From Planctomycetota bacterium (lineage in GTDB: Bacteria; Planctomycetota; B15-G4; SIAN01): 64,000 nucleotides of DNA. The position numbers and the translations under genes are program-made. Location: contig JANNXA010000014.1 in the NCBI GenBank assembly GCA_031409275.1, forward strand, positions 64,001 through 128,000, in the 5' to 3' direction. The notes beneath the pieces are model-generated. The model was not told the origin of the DNA. It did not search any database and worked only from the letters and a program-made list of their open reading frames with translations. Positions 63,529 to 64,000 of the stretch are shown piece by piece (positions within the stretch are counted from its first letter, which is position 1; every line of letters starts with the position of its first letter).

Positions 63529-64000
63529 ATGAATCCTCACGTTCGCGAATTCCACGTCGCCCCGCGCATGCCCGACCCGCTCGCGCGGCTCCTCGAGCTG
63601 GCAAAAAACCTCTGGTGGTGCTGGCACCCCGAGGCCGTCGACCTGTTCCAGCGCATCGACTCGGCGGCGTTCGCCCGTTGCGCGAGCAATCCCGTCGGTC
63701 TGCTCGGCGAGATCGATCCACGCCGGCTCGAGCAGCTCTCGGCCGACGCTTCGTTCCGCGCCCACTACGACCACGTGATCGAGGCCTTCGACAAGGACCT
63801 GCGGCGCACCTCGTGGTTCGAGCGCGCCTATCCCGACTTCAAGGGCAAACGCGTCGCCTATTTCTCCGCCGAGTTCGGCATCCACGAGTGCCTGCCGCTC
63901 TACTCGGGCGGTCTGGGCGTGCTGGCGGGCGACCTGCTCAAGTCGGGCAGCGACCTCGGCGTGCCGCTGGTCGGCGTCGGCATCGCCTACCGCTTCGGCT
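63529..64000 (+). CDS. glgP: Alpha-glucan phosphorylase, 3'-truncated by window edge (absent from the ORF track)
   Basis: Manual translation MNPHVREFHV..LAKNLWWCW..VAYFSAEFGIHECLPLYSGGLGVLAGDLLKSGSDLG. Confidence 0.95.
   Translation, partial: MNPHVREFHVAPRMPDPLARLLELAKNLWWCWHPEAVDLFQRIDSAAFARCASNPVGLLGEIDPRRLEQLSADASFRAHYDHVIEAFDKDLRRTSWFERAYPDFKGKRVAYFSAEFGIHECLPLYSGGLGVLAGDLLKSGSDLGVPLVGVGIAYRFG

Overview
This is a high-GC bacterial window, most consistent with a planctomycete-like organism (inferred from DUF1549/1553, DUF1501, DUF1573 and FHA-GAF-sigma54 gene content). About 60 CDS can be supported. Housekeeping genes include larB, carA, priA, pgpA/pgsA, ftsK, gmk, yicC, pyrE, secG, tpiA, mtnP, kdsB, pyrG, mazG, mutY and glgP. 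No tRNA, rRNA, CRISPR array, transposase or prophage was recognised, but there is a probable 6S RNA. All family calls come from reading motifs by eye, not from database searches. Main candidates: (1) two tandem paralogous exported thioredoxin-fold proteins (58367-59113 and 59362-60168), each with an in-frame TGA at codon 26 right after a signal-like leader ending Gly-Gly, next to a Cys and followed by a bSECIS-like hairpin. These are probable unannotated selenoproteins lying upstream of a DUF1549/1553 - Tat DUF1501-like - decaheme cytochrome/LVIVD - EF-hand cytochrome c cluster. (2) A Psp-like envelope-stress locus (38958-45997): FHA-GAF-sigma54 activator, Zn-finger Ser/Thr kinase-RDD, a -24/-12 promoter, three proteins sharing one membrane motif, and a PspA-like coiled-coil protein. 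(3) A motor-less FtsK paralog translationally coupled to ftsK. (4) Several apparent pseudoenzymes (CobU-like, Nudix-like).
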